Assembly: GCF_009914755.1 (NCBI RefSeq)
Contig: NC_060930.1
Strand: one strand, 5' to 3'
DNA from: the human T2T-CHM13v2.0 reference genome, Homo sapiens
DNA: 64,000 nt
Shown: piece by piece, positions 1 to 12,261 of the stretch
Position numbering within the stretch: the stretch's first letter is position 1
How the letters are laid out: each line of letters opens with the position of its first letter
Made by a program: the position numbers and the translations under genes
The notes under the pieces: generated by a model
Databases searched by the model: none
What the model was told of the DNA's origin: nothing
Seen by the model: only the letters and a program-made list of their open reading frames with translations

Positions 1-1129
1 AAGGAATAGAAGTGTAAACAAGGGGGAATCATGAAGAGAGCAGTGCAGAGTCGCAGGGCTGGTCTGTCAGTTCTAGGAAATGAACATCTTGCATGCAAGC
101 TTGGGATCGCTGGGCACAGGCCGCGTCTCCGTGGTCTTTGCTGGTGGCCACTGCACCTCGGACTTGCTTTGGCTCAGATGAGGATCAGTGTCCTTCTGTG
201 CTTTAGATTCTGCTGCTGTCTTTTGGCACCACCTTCTCCCACTTGTCTCATCAGGCATTTTATTTTTTCTGTATCCCTTTTATAAAGTCTCATTCATAAG
301 AGCATGCCTATTCTAGTCCTAGACCCCATTGCATTTTGTCTCTTGTATTAGAGCAGCAGCTTCTGCTGCCTACCCTGTCTCCTGGTCCCGTCAGCGTGAC
401 TTCTGCAGGACTCTAGCTTTAGCTTTGTTCTTGACTCTGCCGATTTCTCCTATGTTCAGTCTCGGAATCTCGTATCCACTTCTCTGTTCTAATGGCCAGT
501 TCTTTTTACATCCTCTCTCTTTATTTGGAGTGGACAGTGAACTTGCTCTCCTCTCATAACTCCATCCGTCAGGCTGTGATCCCCAGGCTGTCTTTGCTTG
601 TCTGTTCAGCTTGGTGCCCATAGTCAGCCTTTTTAAAAAAGGCATTCATTGTCATTTGCAACATGTCTCCCCCCTTACTTTTCCATGATTCTGCTTTGCC
701 TAATTCCTTCTGTTTGCATTTTCTGTTTCCAACCTGTCAAGCTTTGTTGAAGAAATGTTTTTAAAGGTTACTCTTTAGTTTCACTACAAATTCATGTTGT
801 TTAGTGTCACTGTACCCTCACTTCCTCTTGTCAGTCTTTGTGTTTCTATCTTTGCTTGTCCTTCAAATTCCCTAGAGTGCAGTCTCTGGCCTTTGCTTTC
901 ATGATCCTCGCCCTGAGAAGCTCCAGGGCTTTTTCATTCCCCCTTCTTGTGAACAGTCCACTTTTATTCTAGTTCTGGACTCCACTGCATTTTATCTGTT
1001 GTATTAGAGCAGCAGCTCCGGCTTCAAACACTGTTTCTCCCAGGGTCAGTCGGTGTTGGAATCAGCGCTGACTCCTTTGTTTCCTGCACACACTACCTCG
1101 ACTCTTTTTGGGTGCCCTTTGAGGGTATA

Positions 1130-1812
1130 TCCAGAATCTGACCTCTGCCTCTCAAGCACTCCACACTTCCACTCTTCCCAGGTTGTCATTTCTCACGTAT
1201 GTTATTGCAGTAGCTCTCTAAACAGTCTCCCTACTTCTGCCTGAAGCCTCCTAGAGTTTATTCTCAACACCACAGCCTGAATGGTCTGGTTAAAGTGTAT
1301 GTTAGACCATTGTCTTCTCTCAATTTCCCAGTGGCTCCCCATCTTACTCAGGAAACGTAAGACTGCCTAACAATGGCCCGCAAGGCCTGACATGGTCCTA
1401 TTTCTCATTACGTCTTTGTCCTCCTTCTAGACCCTCCTGTCCTGTGCTCGCTTCCCAGCCACAGTGGCTTCCTCACTGTCTCGGGCCAGGCATGTTCCAG
1501 CCTTAGGCCCTTTTCACCAGCTGGCCCCTCTGCATGGAGTGCTCTTCCTCCCAGTTATTTTCATGACTTGTTTCCCCACTTCCTTCAGGTCTTTATCCAG
1601 ATGTTACCTTCTCGGTATATTTAAGATGGAAATTCCTACCCACAACTCCTTAGCTTTTTTCTCTGTTCCTTTTCTCCATAGCACTTACCAATAACCTGAA
1701 ATACATTTCACATTTTTGTTTTATTTATTGTGTTTCTCCATCCACTGGAGGGCTTTTACTGGTTTTGTTTGCTGCTGCTTAGTACGTAATAGGCACTCAA
1801 TATTTGTTGAAT
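1130..1812 (+). mobile_element. L2 LINE 3' fragment
   Basis: degenerate L2 3' region ending taggcactcaatatttgttgaata; boundaries approximate. Confidence 0.65.
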
Positions 1813-2911
1813 AAGTACATTCTAGTATTTTTGTATAATGTTCTTTAAAAGCATTGTTTCCAATCAGACCCCTTTCCCAATCAGATATTTTAAAATTTAC
1901 TCTCTTTGCTTATCAAACGCCAAACTAATGAGCATGACATCCATTGCCCTCCACAGCATGGCCGCAGGACTTTCCCCTGTCCCTTTGTAGCCTAAATACC
2001 CACTACTCTTCAGATTGGATGATTTTCTTTTTTCATGAACATGCTTGCTTGACTACATCTTCATGCTTTTTAATCATATTTATTGTTCTTCCTGGACTTT
2101 CCTTCCGCCTTTTCCATTTTCTTCCTCGCAGATTTTCCTTTTCCCAGTATTAGTCCACCTGTTAAAATTCTGCATTTGCCTGCAAGGCCCATTGCAGGGC
2201 TTTCTGGACATGAAGCCATGCCTTCAATGGGTCTGAAACTGTGCCTTCGGGGTTGGTCTTTCTCCTCCTCCGACAAGCCTAGCACTTACCTCCTGCTGCA
2301 TCTGATATTAGTTCTGTGCTTACCTGCTCTCTGTTACTAGATCCTAAGTTTTTTTCCTTGAACATCCTAAGTCAGTAAACTGTGGTTGAATTTTACTTCA
2401 CTCATTTAGATTCATTTTATATACTGGGGTGTACATTTTAACACTAGTATTTAGAATTGTGTACTCAATGAGAAGGATCAGCCAGATAGAGTGTTTCATG
2501 TTTATTGACTATACAAAGCTAATTGTGGGGGAAATTTGTAAAAACAGTTGAATTTAAGGAATTCCCTTTCCCTCTTATCCTATCATTTAGTTTGAGGCCA
2601 TTTTATGGAAAATTTCCATTTAGATGGAAATAACATTTGTGTACTAATTCCATAGCTACTATGAATACAGTTTAAGATTTTAAGGTTTATATTGAGATAC
2701 TGTGGTAGTAGAACAAAGGTAGGTACATGTCATAATCCAGATTCCTATTTTTCCACGTCCAGGGTTTTATATTAAAAGAAGAGAAATTTTTCATTTTTGA
2801 TTTTTAAACCATTAGAGCAGTAGCTGAGCCTTTCAAGTTTCTCAGTCAAGAATTAGGCTATGAGTAGGGACAGTTTTCTTCTCTGTTTTATTTTTATTTT
2901 TGTTCCCTTAG

Positions 2912-3028
2912 TGACATTGCAGGAATGCTGCTGAAATCTACAGGAAGTTTTTTAGAATTTGGCTTACAGGAGAGCTGTGCTGAATTTTGGACTAGTGCGG
3001 ATGACAGCAGTGCTTCCGACGAAATCAG
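2912..3028 (+). CDS. MAP3K4: MAP3K4 exon 7 (117 nt): DIAGMLLKSTGSFLEFGLQESCAEFWTSADDSSASDEI
   Basis: polypyrimidine + ttag acceptor; AG|gttgga donor; phase 2-2. Confidence 0.93.
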
Positions 3029-3275
3029 GTTGGAGTTGTGCTTCCTTTCCCCTTCCACTTCTTATCTCGTAGTTTCCTTCCTCATGGTGAGATCCTAGAA
3101 GGAGCCTTGTTCAAACCAAATTGTGTTGGCCTGGAAGAATTTGGGCAGTAGATGTAAAGGGATTTATTTATAACTGCCTTGTCTTTTCATGTGATTTCTT
3201 AGTTATGGTTTTATGTGAAATTTTCTTTGAAGGGGAACTTAGAATTTATTTAGTGTGATAAAAATAGTGCCAACT

Positions 3276-3569
3276 GGCTGGGCGCGGTGGCTCACGCCTG
3301 TAATCCCAGTACTTTGGGAGGCCGAGGTGGGTGAATCACCAGGTCAGGAGTTCAAGACCAGCCTGGCCAAGATGGTGAAACCTCGTCTCTACTAAAAATA
3401 CAAAAAAAACAGCTGGGCGTGGTGGCACGCACCCGTGATCCCAGCTATTCAGGAGGCTGAGGCAGAAAATTTCTTGAACCCAGGAGGCAGAGGTTGCAGT
3501 GAGCCAAGATCATGCCACTGCACTCCAGCCTGGGTGACAGAGCAAGACTCCGTCTCAAAAAAAAAAAAA
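3276..3569 (+). mobile_element. AluS (Sg-like)
   Basis: full dimeric Alu with A-rich linker and poly(A) tail. Confidence 0.93.
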
Positions 3570-4241
3570 CTAAAGATAAAGAGATAAAGTTGACTGAAAA
3601 AAATGAGTAGAATTTTCTTTATTTACATTGTCTGGGATGCCTTTTATATTAGTTTCTGTTCTTAAAAAATCTGTGTAGTGGTCCATTAATACATTTTAAT
3701 GACATTTGGTACATTTTTATTCTTAGTGCATTCCTTCTGTTGAACTTTAAACTTAAGTGTATGAAACTATGGTTTTTCTCTGTTGAATTTCCTCCAGTTC
3801 TGTGCAGATGGTATTTAGGTCGAAACTTTTGAAATTGCTACTCTTTGTGGTATATATATCAGGCGTATAGCAACTTTGTGGCCATAGAATCAGCAAGGTC
3901 ATATGAGTCAAACTTGGCGAAAGCTCATATAGAACTGACTTCTCCAAAGCGAAAATGTTTTCGCTCACCATTCAAGGTTTGATGAAAAACACATTTTGAG
4001 TTTCAGAACACCTGGTATGTTTTTATGCCAAGGTTAAAGAAAGAAGTTCCCACATGGTTTCTCACCTGGGAAAATATTGAATAGCTGAGAAATGGAATAA
4101 ATAAGTTTGTAGGTCTCACAGTTTTGAGAGCTAACATGGTGGGTTCAAAATAACCCCAAGCATGTAGATTCCAAAGAAACATGAGAAGGCAGGAATGAAG
4201 ATGGTGAACTAGAGAGCGGTTCCAGTTCAGGGGGCCATGGG

Positions 4242-4441
4242 CAGTGGTGTGCTGGAGCTGCTTCTCCCGGCTTGAGAGAGCTGATCATGCACATCTCTTC
4301 CCATTTCATTGCTCAGTGACATCATACTGCTGCCTTGAAATTAGCTATGATGGGAGTATTTACACCACAGAAATCGGCATGCATTACATAAGATAGTAAT
4401 TTAGGGTCACCCAGTTGTTAAATATTTCCCAGATCACACTG
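4242..4441. mobile_element. MER63-like hAT MITE
   Basis: CAGTGGTGTGCTGG...CACACTG termini; internal gggagtatttacaccacagaaatcggc. Confidence 0.75.
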
Positions 4442-4788
4442 TATAGATTTCTTTTTAGATTACGAGCCAGGAGTTAAGAACTTAACCTTAAACTCCAAGA
4501 AATGATCATAATGAAATGTTAAGAAAATTGAGCTTCCTATTATTTGAAGGTTATTAAATGTGCCCTGCTTACATTGAAAGGATATGAATATTTTCTACAA
4601 AACTGTCAGGAGCAGGCTTCTGAATGTTTTGACTACATCTTCAATAATAGTTTGTTCCCATTTAAAAAATCCTCAGTCTTTATTTATTACTGTGATTTGG
4701 AATTTGCTTCATCTTTATTGTTAAATCCCTCTTGCACCTCTGGAATATTCCCTAATGTGTTCTAACTGGACTTGAATCCACTTGGCAG

Positions 4789-4888
4789 GAGGTCTGTTAT
4801 AGAGATCAGTCGAGCCCTGAAGGAGCTCTTCCATGAAGCCAGAGAAAGGGCTTCCAAAGCACTTGGATTTGCTAAAATGTTGAGAAAG
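4789..4888 (+). CDS. MAP3K4: MAP3K4 exon 8 (100 nt): RSVIEISRALKELFHEARERASKALGFAKMLRK
   Basis: cag acceptor, AAG|gtgagc donor, frame continuous. Confidence 0.95.
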
Positions 4889-4993
4889 GTGAGCTTGCAA
4901 TCCTGATTAATTAGTACCTTTTTTCTTGTTTTTCTTTTATCTTATTTTTTTAATGCTAACCGTAAAGAAGTTTCTTTGTAACTGTGATCCTAG

Positions 4994-5077
4994 GACCTGG
5001 AAATAGCAGCAGAATTCAGGCTTTCAGCCCCAGTTAGAGACCTCCTGGATGTTCTGAAATCAAAACAGTATGTCAAG
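4994..5077 (+). CDS. MAP3K4: MAP3K4 exon 9 (84 nt): DLEIAAEFRLSAPVRDLLDVLKSKQYVK
   Basis: tag acceptor after a 105-nt intron, AAG|gtaagt donor. Confidence 0.95.
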
Positions 5078-6097
5078 GTAAGTACTTCAAATGTTGTGAT
5101 TGAAACATTTTGCCTTTCCTTCTTTATTCTAAAACAGGCAGACTTTTTCTTGAAGGTCCAGATAGTAAATATTACAGGCTCTGAAGGCTGTACCACAACC
5201 CCAGTTGTAAGACTGTCCTGTAATTCACCAGTGGAATAATGAAACAGTCTTTTTCATACTTGACTTACTAACTTGTCTTCAGAGTGTAGATAAATAATAA
5301 AAAGTTTACTCATGCTGTTTATTAATTTAGTTACACATATTTAAAATAATGTGTATAAGGAGATAATATTCATTTTAAATTATGGTTTTGTTTTTCACCC
5401 TTATATTTCCTGATGCAGTTCAAAGGTTTTACAGTGAATCTTTGACATCAAGATCCTGGTCATCACTAGAGCCACTTTTTGAGTCAGCAACTTTACTCCA
5501 CTTTAAGTTGTTGGAGATTTAGCACAGTTAGAATCCGTATGTGATGTCATCACTGGACATTTTATCCCAAGCCCACAGTTGTATCCCGCTCCCATACTGA
5601 GAGTGGGAGGGATGACCTGCAGCGTGCCACCACATGTGTACCCTTTGAGAAACTGATCTCAAGGAGCCTTCTTGTGATGAACCCCTGGCTCCCTGCCCTG
5701 GAATAATTAGAGAATCTGTATTAACAATTTTTGCCTTTTTCCCAAGCCAGGTGACTTTTTGTAAGCATCACAAACTAGCAGTGGTTGAGGTTCTTTCAGG
5801 CTGCCTTGCCTCCCCATCGAGTATTTTCTTTGTTGTTGAAAATAAAGCAGTGAGGAGGATGTCCAATAATCGGGGAGACTCTGTAAGGCCTCTCCTCCAG
5901 TGCGTTCACAGACTCTCCTCCTCCTGCCTCCTTCAGTCACACTGAAGCCGGCTACCTGCAGTTCCCTCACTGCTCCAATTCATGCCCTTCCCACTTTCCC
6001 TTTCCCAAACCTGCCTCTCCTTTCCTAGGTTTGTTTTAAATAACCTATTTCTCTAATGTACAGTGTTCCTTAAGATTTTGGATTATGTCTTTTGCAG

Positions 6098-6364
6098 GTG
6101 CAAATTCCTGGGTTAGAAAACTTGCAAATGTTTGTTCCAGACACTCTTGCTGAGGAGAAGAGTATTATTTTGCAGTTACTCAATGCAGCTGCAGGAAAGG
6201 ACTGTTCAAAAGATTCAGATGACGTACTCATCGATGCCTATCTGCTTCTGACCAAGCACGGTGATCGAGCCCGTGATTCAGAGGACAGCTGGGGCACCTG
6301 GGAGGCACAGCCTGTCAAAGTCGTGCCTCAGGTGGAGACTGTTGACACCCTGAGAAGCATGCAG
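6098..6364 (+). CDS. MAP3K4: MAP3K4 exon 10 (267 nt): VQIPGLENLQMF...VETVDTLRSMQ
   Basis: ttttgcag acceptor, CAG|gtacag donor; inside ORF 6092..6430. Confidence 0.96.
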
Positions 6365-7731
6365 GTACAGCTCATCTCCAACTTTGCAGCAGTGTTACTT
6401 CAAGGACTTTTAGTAAGAATGAACTGTTAGCTGCTCATGAATGAGGGGTTTGACTACCCTAGTAATCACAAGTATATACTTCCCAAAAATATGCCTCAAT
6501 GTGTTAATAGGTCATTTTGCAGCATAATTTGTACAATATATCATTCTGTTAAGTTAAATTATACTGGAATACTTGAAATAAACCATCTATCTGGTTTATA
6601 TCTTTTCTTAGTTCAGTCATGTAGTTAGATCTGTGGAGCTATGATCTAAAAGGAGTTATGTCACTAATATAATTTGTAGTTCTAGAAATCCCAGTTCTCC
6701 AAGTACTCAGGTTTACTGGTTATTTAATTTTAATTTTTTGTAGTGAAGGCTATCCCCTCCCTACCTAACAGGGACCTCGTGACAGTTTCTATAACTCATT
6801 AGTTATAAACTATGAGAAGCTTTCTCATTTATCTGTGTTCAGCTTAGGAACAGTCATGGTGAGTGTTCATATGCACCTTGAGCTCAGCCTCACCAGAACT
6901 GAGTATACACTGGCCTGCTGCATCCCTCACCCCAACAACTCTGCTTTTATATTCCGTCTCAGTGAATGGTTCCGCGTTCACTCACATGTTTAAACCAGAA
7001 GTGTGACAGCTAATATAAATTCAGCCTCCCATCTTTCCAGTTAATACCTTGCCCTGGAAAGCCAGAAGCATTTCCAGTAAATGATCCTTTCCCTGCATCC
7101 CCAGAGCAGCTGCTGTAGTCAGCACTTTACCATCCCTCTCCTGAACTATTGCAGTTTCTGACTTTGAGTTTCCCTGCTTCAAACCTCACCTTCTGTCTCT
7201 CCAATTCTGTGTTTGTTTTTGTGCTTCTAGAATGATCATTATAATACATCTGATTGCATCACAGATCTACTTAAAATACTGCAAAGATTCTTCATCTCTT
7301 AAGAACAAAAGTAATAAAGTCTTGATTTCTTAATGTTTTATATAAGGCCCCTCATCTTATTTCTGTCTTATTCCTACATTTTCCTTCTTCATATGCTGCT
7401 CCAATACACACACACATGCACACATACACACACACACTCACACACACTCTGCACTGGCAGTACTGAACTACTTGAAGTTCTAGGATATCTCAAAGATGTC
7501 ATGCCTGCAGTCCCAAAGGGTTCTTCTCCGTGGTGCTGAATATCCCAGCTGTCAATGCCCACTGAAGCGTGTTGCTGTGTAGGAGAAGCTTTGCTTAAAA
7601 ATGACTTTCTGATTAGATGGTTGTTGGCCTGGTATCCCTGAGATTGGCATTGTTTTTGGACTGGTGTTGAACTAGAATAACAACTAGTAACTGGGTTGGT
7701 TTTTATGTCCTGTGCTTGATTTTCCTCCCAG

Positions 7732-7881
7732 GTGGATAATCTTTTACTAGTTGTCATGCAGTCTGCGCATCTCACAATTCAGAGAAAAGCTTTCCAGCAG
7801 TCCATTGAGGGACTTATGACTCTGTGCCAGGAGCAGACATCCAGTCAGCCGGTCATCGCCAAAGCTTTGCAGCAGCTGAAG
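7732..7881 (+). CDS. MAP3K4: MAP3K4 exon 11 (150 nt): VDNLLLVVMQSAHL...AKALQQLK
   Basis: ttttcctcccag acceptor, AAG|gtatta donor. Confidence 0.95.
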
Positions 7882-8765
7882 GTATTACACTGTCCTCTAC
7901 ATTAGCTGAGATTTTTCCTTTTTGATGAAAGTCAGTGTGTGGTAATGTGTGTAAGGTAATATCATCCAAGGAACTTGAGCTCCTGAATTGCCTGCCCACT
8001 CACCTCTCTTCCCAATACATATTTTCTTATGTCTAAACTACATATTCTGAGATTCTTCCTGAAGCTGTAGAACTTTATAATTGGAAAGGATAGAGAATTG
8101 AACTTTATGTGACTTATTCATAATGGCTACATGACTGGTTAGTGGCAAAGTTGAAAATTTAATAATTTAGGTCTCTTCATTCCCAGTGTAAATTTCATTC
8201 TCCTTTCACAATCCCCAGTATTTACTAGAGGTACTCCATATCAGCAGTGTGTAATAGAAGATTTATTTATTGTTTTGTTTAATAAATAATTCAACCAAAT
8301 TAAATATAATAGAAAAAAGTTGCAGAGAAGTACAAAGGCCTTTCAAAGTTTATGACAAGCCCCAGCCTGGCTGTCTTTTTCCATTATTTCCTGTTTTTGA
8401 CACTTTCTATTTTGTATCCCATGTATCAGTCTTGATCTCATCCACACTTTTCCAGGCCATCAGTTATGTCTTCTCACTCACATTAAGGCTTAACTTCTTG
8501 AAGAAGAAACATTCTCTGAAGTTACAAGTCATTTCGTAAACACTTGTTTTTCTTCTGTTGGTCTGATTTGTCTGATTTATCTATAAACATTTATTAACTA
8601 AATATTTAGGTTATCTCTCTCTATGGATTGCTGGAAGAATATTTTGTAACCATAGTAAGGGGATTGCCTGATGGAGACCTTGTGTGCACTCGTGTGTAAG
8701 GGTGGGTAGAGAGAGAGACCGATTTGGAGCTATTGTGATGTTGCTGACAGAGGTGACAAAAGCTC

Positions 8766-9240
8766 GAGCCAGGGCAGGGCTTCTCAGCCTCTTGGATGTG
8801 GATGTTTGGGCCCGTAACTCTTGGTCGTGGAGGGCCGTCCTGCGCATTGTAGGATGTTTAGAGCTAGGGCAGGGCTTCTCAGCCTCTTGGATGTGGACGT
8901 TTGGGCCCGTAACTCTTGGTCGTGGAGGGCTGTCCTGCGCATTGTAGGATGTTTAGAGCCAGGGCAGGGCTTCTCAGCCTCTTGGATGTGGACGTTTGGG
9001 CCCGTAACTCTTGGTCATGGAGGGCCGTCCTGCGCATTGTAGGATGTTTAGAGCCAGGGCAGGGCTTCTCAGCCTCTTGGATGTGGACGTTTGGGCCCGT
9101 AATTCTTGGTCGTGGAGGGCCGCCCTGCGCATTGTAGGATGTTTAGAGCCAGGGCAGGGCTTCTCAGCCTCTTGGATGTGGACGTTTGGGCCCGTAACTC
9201 TTGGTCGTGGAGGGCCGTCCTGCGCATTGTAGGATGTTTA
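8766..9240. repeat. VNTR, 5 x 95 bp, derived from a MER20 end plus flank
   Basis: unit starts at 8766, 8861, 8956, 9051, 9146; only 0-2 differences per unit. Confidence 0.97.
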
Positions 9241-9379
9241 GCAGCATCCCTGGCCTCTACTCACCATATCCCAGTACTTCCACTTTTTCCTCCAAATTTT
9301 GACCATCAAAAACTTCTCTGGACAACGTCTCCAGACGCTGAGGGGAGGGGGAGAAATCTGCCCCAGAAGAGAACCCCTG
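8775..9379 (-). mobile_element. MER20 (hAT-Charlie MITE) with tandemly amplified end
   Basis: cagggcttctcagcc...gcattgtaggatgtttagcagcatccctggcctctac...gagaacccctg matches recalled MER20 consensus. Confidence 0.85.
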
Positions 9380-9788
9380 GACTAGGGAGTAGCAGGGAAA
9401 TGAGGACAGCACGATCGGAGGAGGTCATCTAGAAGTACATGGACTTTTTCACTCTGTGGAATTGCACCCGTACTTATGGTTGAGCAACCGTCCAGGAGGA
9501 GAAAACAACAGGTGGTTGATGTATAAAAATATTGAAGATAAAAGCATCTATTCCAAGAGCAGATTATAACTAGACTGTATCATTTTAAATGCATTTTTTT
9601 CTCTTCTATTTAAGAATGCCAAATAAAATGACATAATTTCTTCTATATTTGGTAATTCCTTTACCAAGTGGCTGAATTGTTTGTAGTGGTTAATGTCTGT
9701 GTGATGATGAACGAAATCTTCCTTTAAAATGTGGTAAGTATTGTATGATTTGCTTCATTTTGCATTAATCATGGTTTGGACTCTTCAG

Positions 9789-9950
9789 AATGATGCATTG
9801 GAGCTATGCAACAGGATAAGCAATGCCATTGACCGCGTGGACCACATGTTCACATCAGAATTTGATGCTGAGGTTGATGAATCTGAATCTGTCACCTTGC
9901 AACAGTACTACCGAGAAGCAATGATTCAGGGGTACAATTTTGGATTTGAG
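9789..9950 (+). CDS. MAP3K4: MAP3K4 exon 12 (162 nt): NDALELCNRISNA...IQGYNFGFE
   Basis: ctcttcag acceptor, GAG|gtaggt donor; inside ORF 9741..9965. Confidence 0.96.
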
Positions 9951-10419
9951 GTAGGTTCAAAATAAGAGGAAACACGGTACAATTTAGTAATTGCTTGATA
10001 ACTTACAGAAAGTTTTTGGAACCTTTTACAGTAAATCTGATATTGTAATCATAGCTTAATCAAGAATATCATCTTATATCACTGCTGTATATCAGAGATG
10101 TTAGTTTACTTTTAAACTGTTAGGTAATTGTCCAACTTTTATTTTGTGCTAACAGCCATCTACTTACATTTTAAAACTTTAAAGAGATGTTTTATGTCAT
10201 AAAAGCACATTCTTAATTTAAACTCAGGAGTAAAACATTTATGAAACTGCATTTTGAAACACTGTACTTTCCATAATTCTTCATACTATTCAAAATATAG
10301 AAATTTTAATTGGATTTCACTTTTTGTTTTTAGAAAACATTTTAGACATGGCATTATAGTGTGTGATATTATTTAATGATCATTTCCTTAATGTTGATAT
10401 ACATGAAATCTTCTTACAG

Positions 10420-10553
10420 TATCATAAAGAAGTTGTTCGTTTGATGTCTGGGGAGTTTAGACAGAAGATAGGAGACAAATATATAAGCTTTGCCCGGAAG
10501 TGGATGAATTATGTCCTGACTAAATGTGAGAGTGGTAGAGGTACAAGACCCAG
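10420..10553 (+). CDS. MAP3K4: MAP3K4 exon 13 (134 nt): YHKEVVRLMSGEF...CESGRGTRP(R)
   Basis: ttcttacag acceptor, CAG|gtaatg donor. Confidence 0.96.
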
Positions 10554-11387
10554 GTAATGACCAAGTAGGATGTTTCTGAAATGTGTCATGTGGGCTTGGT
10601 GGTATTTGTTCATATATGTTCTGTGGGATTCTTTTTGAGCAGACGACACAGAAGGGAACACTCTAAACTCTTCGGTGATCAGGTTTTTTTTAATGGAAAA
10701 ATATGTAGAGAAAACTGCGTAACTCTTGGGAAAAAATTTTTTTTTAAATTTGTTCCAAATTTGAGTTACCTTTAAGGGAACTCATGTTCTCCTTTGACAA
10801 GTCTTCCTGATGACTAATGTATTTTCCTCCCTCATGAAATTTATTCATTAAGAAACCATTTTGGAATTTGCAGGGGTGAAATGGGTGAATCGTCTGTGAG
10901 GCTCAATACTAGCTCCACTAAAGTAAACATAGTTATTAAAGTGTCATGACTGTGTGAGAAATAGCTGAGTGTTCTGTAATTTGTAATGGAGGGATAGCAT
11001 GGGGCACTTTCTTAAAGTCATTAAGCAATTTCTCCAAGTTAGAGAAAACACATTTGCTGCATCTGAGATTCAAAGTAGGAACTTTGTGTTACAAAACTCA
11101 TAAATACTTGTTGAATTACAAATAAATAATTGTTGAATTACAGATGGCACCTATCATGTCTAAAATCCTCTTCCATGCTTCCCATTGGTTTCAAAACAAA
11201 ATTAAATTTTAAAAAATTATTCTCCTTTCCAAAAGGTCACGCTGTAAACTTACTGAACCCAAGCAAAAAAAAGTGTCTTGTCCTAAATAGTAATTATAAT
11301 TATGTTACTTTTCAGTATTGTACAGTCTAAAACTGCTACAGCGTTTTCTTGGTTGTTATGTGATTACTGAACTTTTTCGTGTACCAG

Positions 11388-11466
11388 GTGGGCGACTCAA
11401 GGATTTGATTTTCTACAAGCAATTGAACCTGCCTTTATTTCAGCTTTACCAGAAGATGACTTCTTG
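11388..11466 (+). CDS. MAP3K4: MAP3K4 exon 14 (79 nt): WATQGFDFLQAIEPAFISALPEDDFL
   Basis: cag acceptor, TTG|gtatgg donor, frame continuous. Confidence 0.95.
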
Positions 11467-12182
11467 GTATGGATTATTCTAAAGTTTTTTTCATTATAAA
11501 ATAAGCCAGTCACTCCTTATTTTCTGGTTGTATATGTTTTATATGTAATAGTGGTTTTTTTCATGAGATATTAATCTCAGCATATCATGTAATGATAATG
11601 CTGAGAAATTAAAGTACTCCTCATAGCAGAGTAAGATTTTTTTTCTTTTTGTAACATTAGTGTTCAACTAAGTCAATGTCTGGTTTGTAAACCCTGGCCC
11701 TTCTAAAATATTTGTGAGATTTATATTTTTACTGCCATCATAGCTGCTGCTTTGGGGCAGAACAAGGATTAGCTCTTTTACCTCAGTGTGCATCATTTTG
11801 AGAGCATCATGCTCGTGTTAAATATTATCACTGTTAGTCTGATAAGTGTCATCAGATTAGCATGATATTGCTCAAAGTGTGAATTCATTTATTTTATTCT
11901 CCCAGTAGTAGAGACGATTACATGAAAAGTTCTTTGCTTGTACACGTTATTGTGTTATGGGAAATTGACAGCTAATTTGCTTTTACTTATAAAAATGAAA
12001 TACACTGTATTATTTTAAATTACATACAATTTGTGTTTATACCTATTTTCTTTTAAACTAACTGAAAATATTTTGGGTAGCATGTTTTTAAAAATATACT
12101 GAAAATTAATTTGTGCTACTTACATAATTAAGAAAGTATGCATGTTTTCTCTTTACCTTTCCCATTTTCTTTTGGTTTCTAG

Positions 12183-12261
12183 AGTTTACAAGCCTTGATG
12201 AATGAATGCATTGGCCATGTCATAGGAAAACCACACAGTCCTGTTACAGGTTTGTACCTTG
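12183..12261 (+). CDS. MAP3K4: MAP3K4 exon 15 (79 nt): SLQALMNECIGHVIGKPHSPVTGLYL; possible alternative donor after 12249
   Basis: long polypyrimidine + tag acceptor, TTG|gtaaga donor. Confidence 0.94.

Noticed and set aside
8766-9240. CRISPR-like array
   Set aside because: Units are contiguous with no unique spacers; the DNA is eukaryotic and has no cas genes
8611-9432. Series of near-identical 73-108 aa ORFs (RARAGLLSLLDVDVWARNSWSWRAVLRIVGCL)
   Set aside because: Artefact of the 95-bp VNTR shifting frame with each unit; no coding evidence
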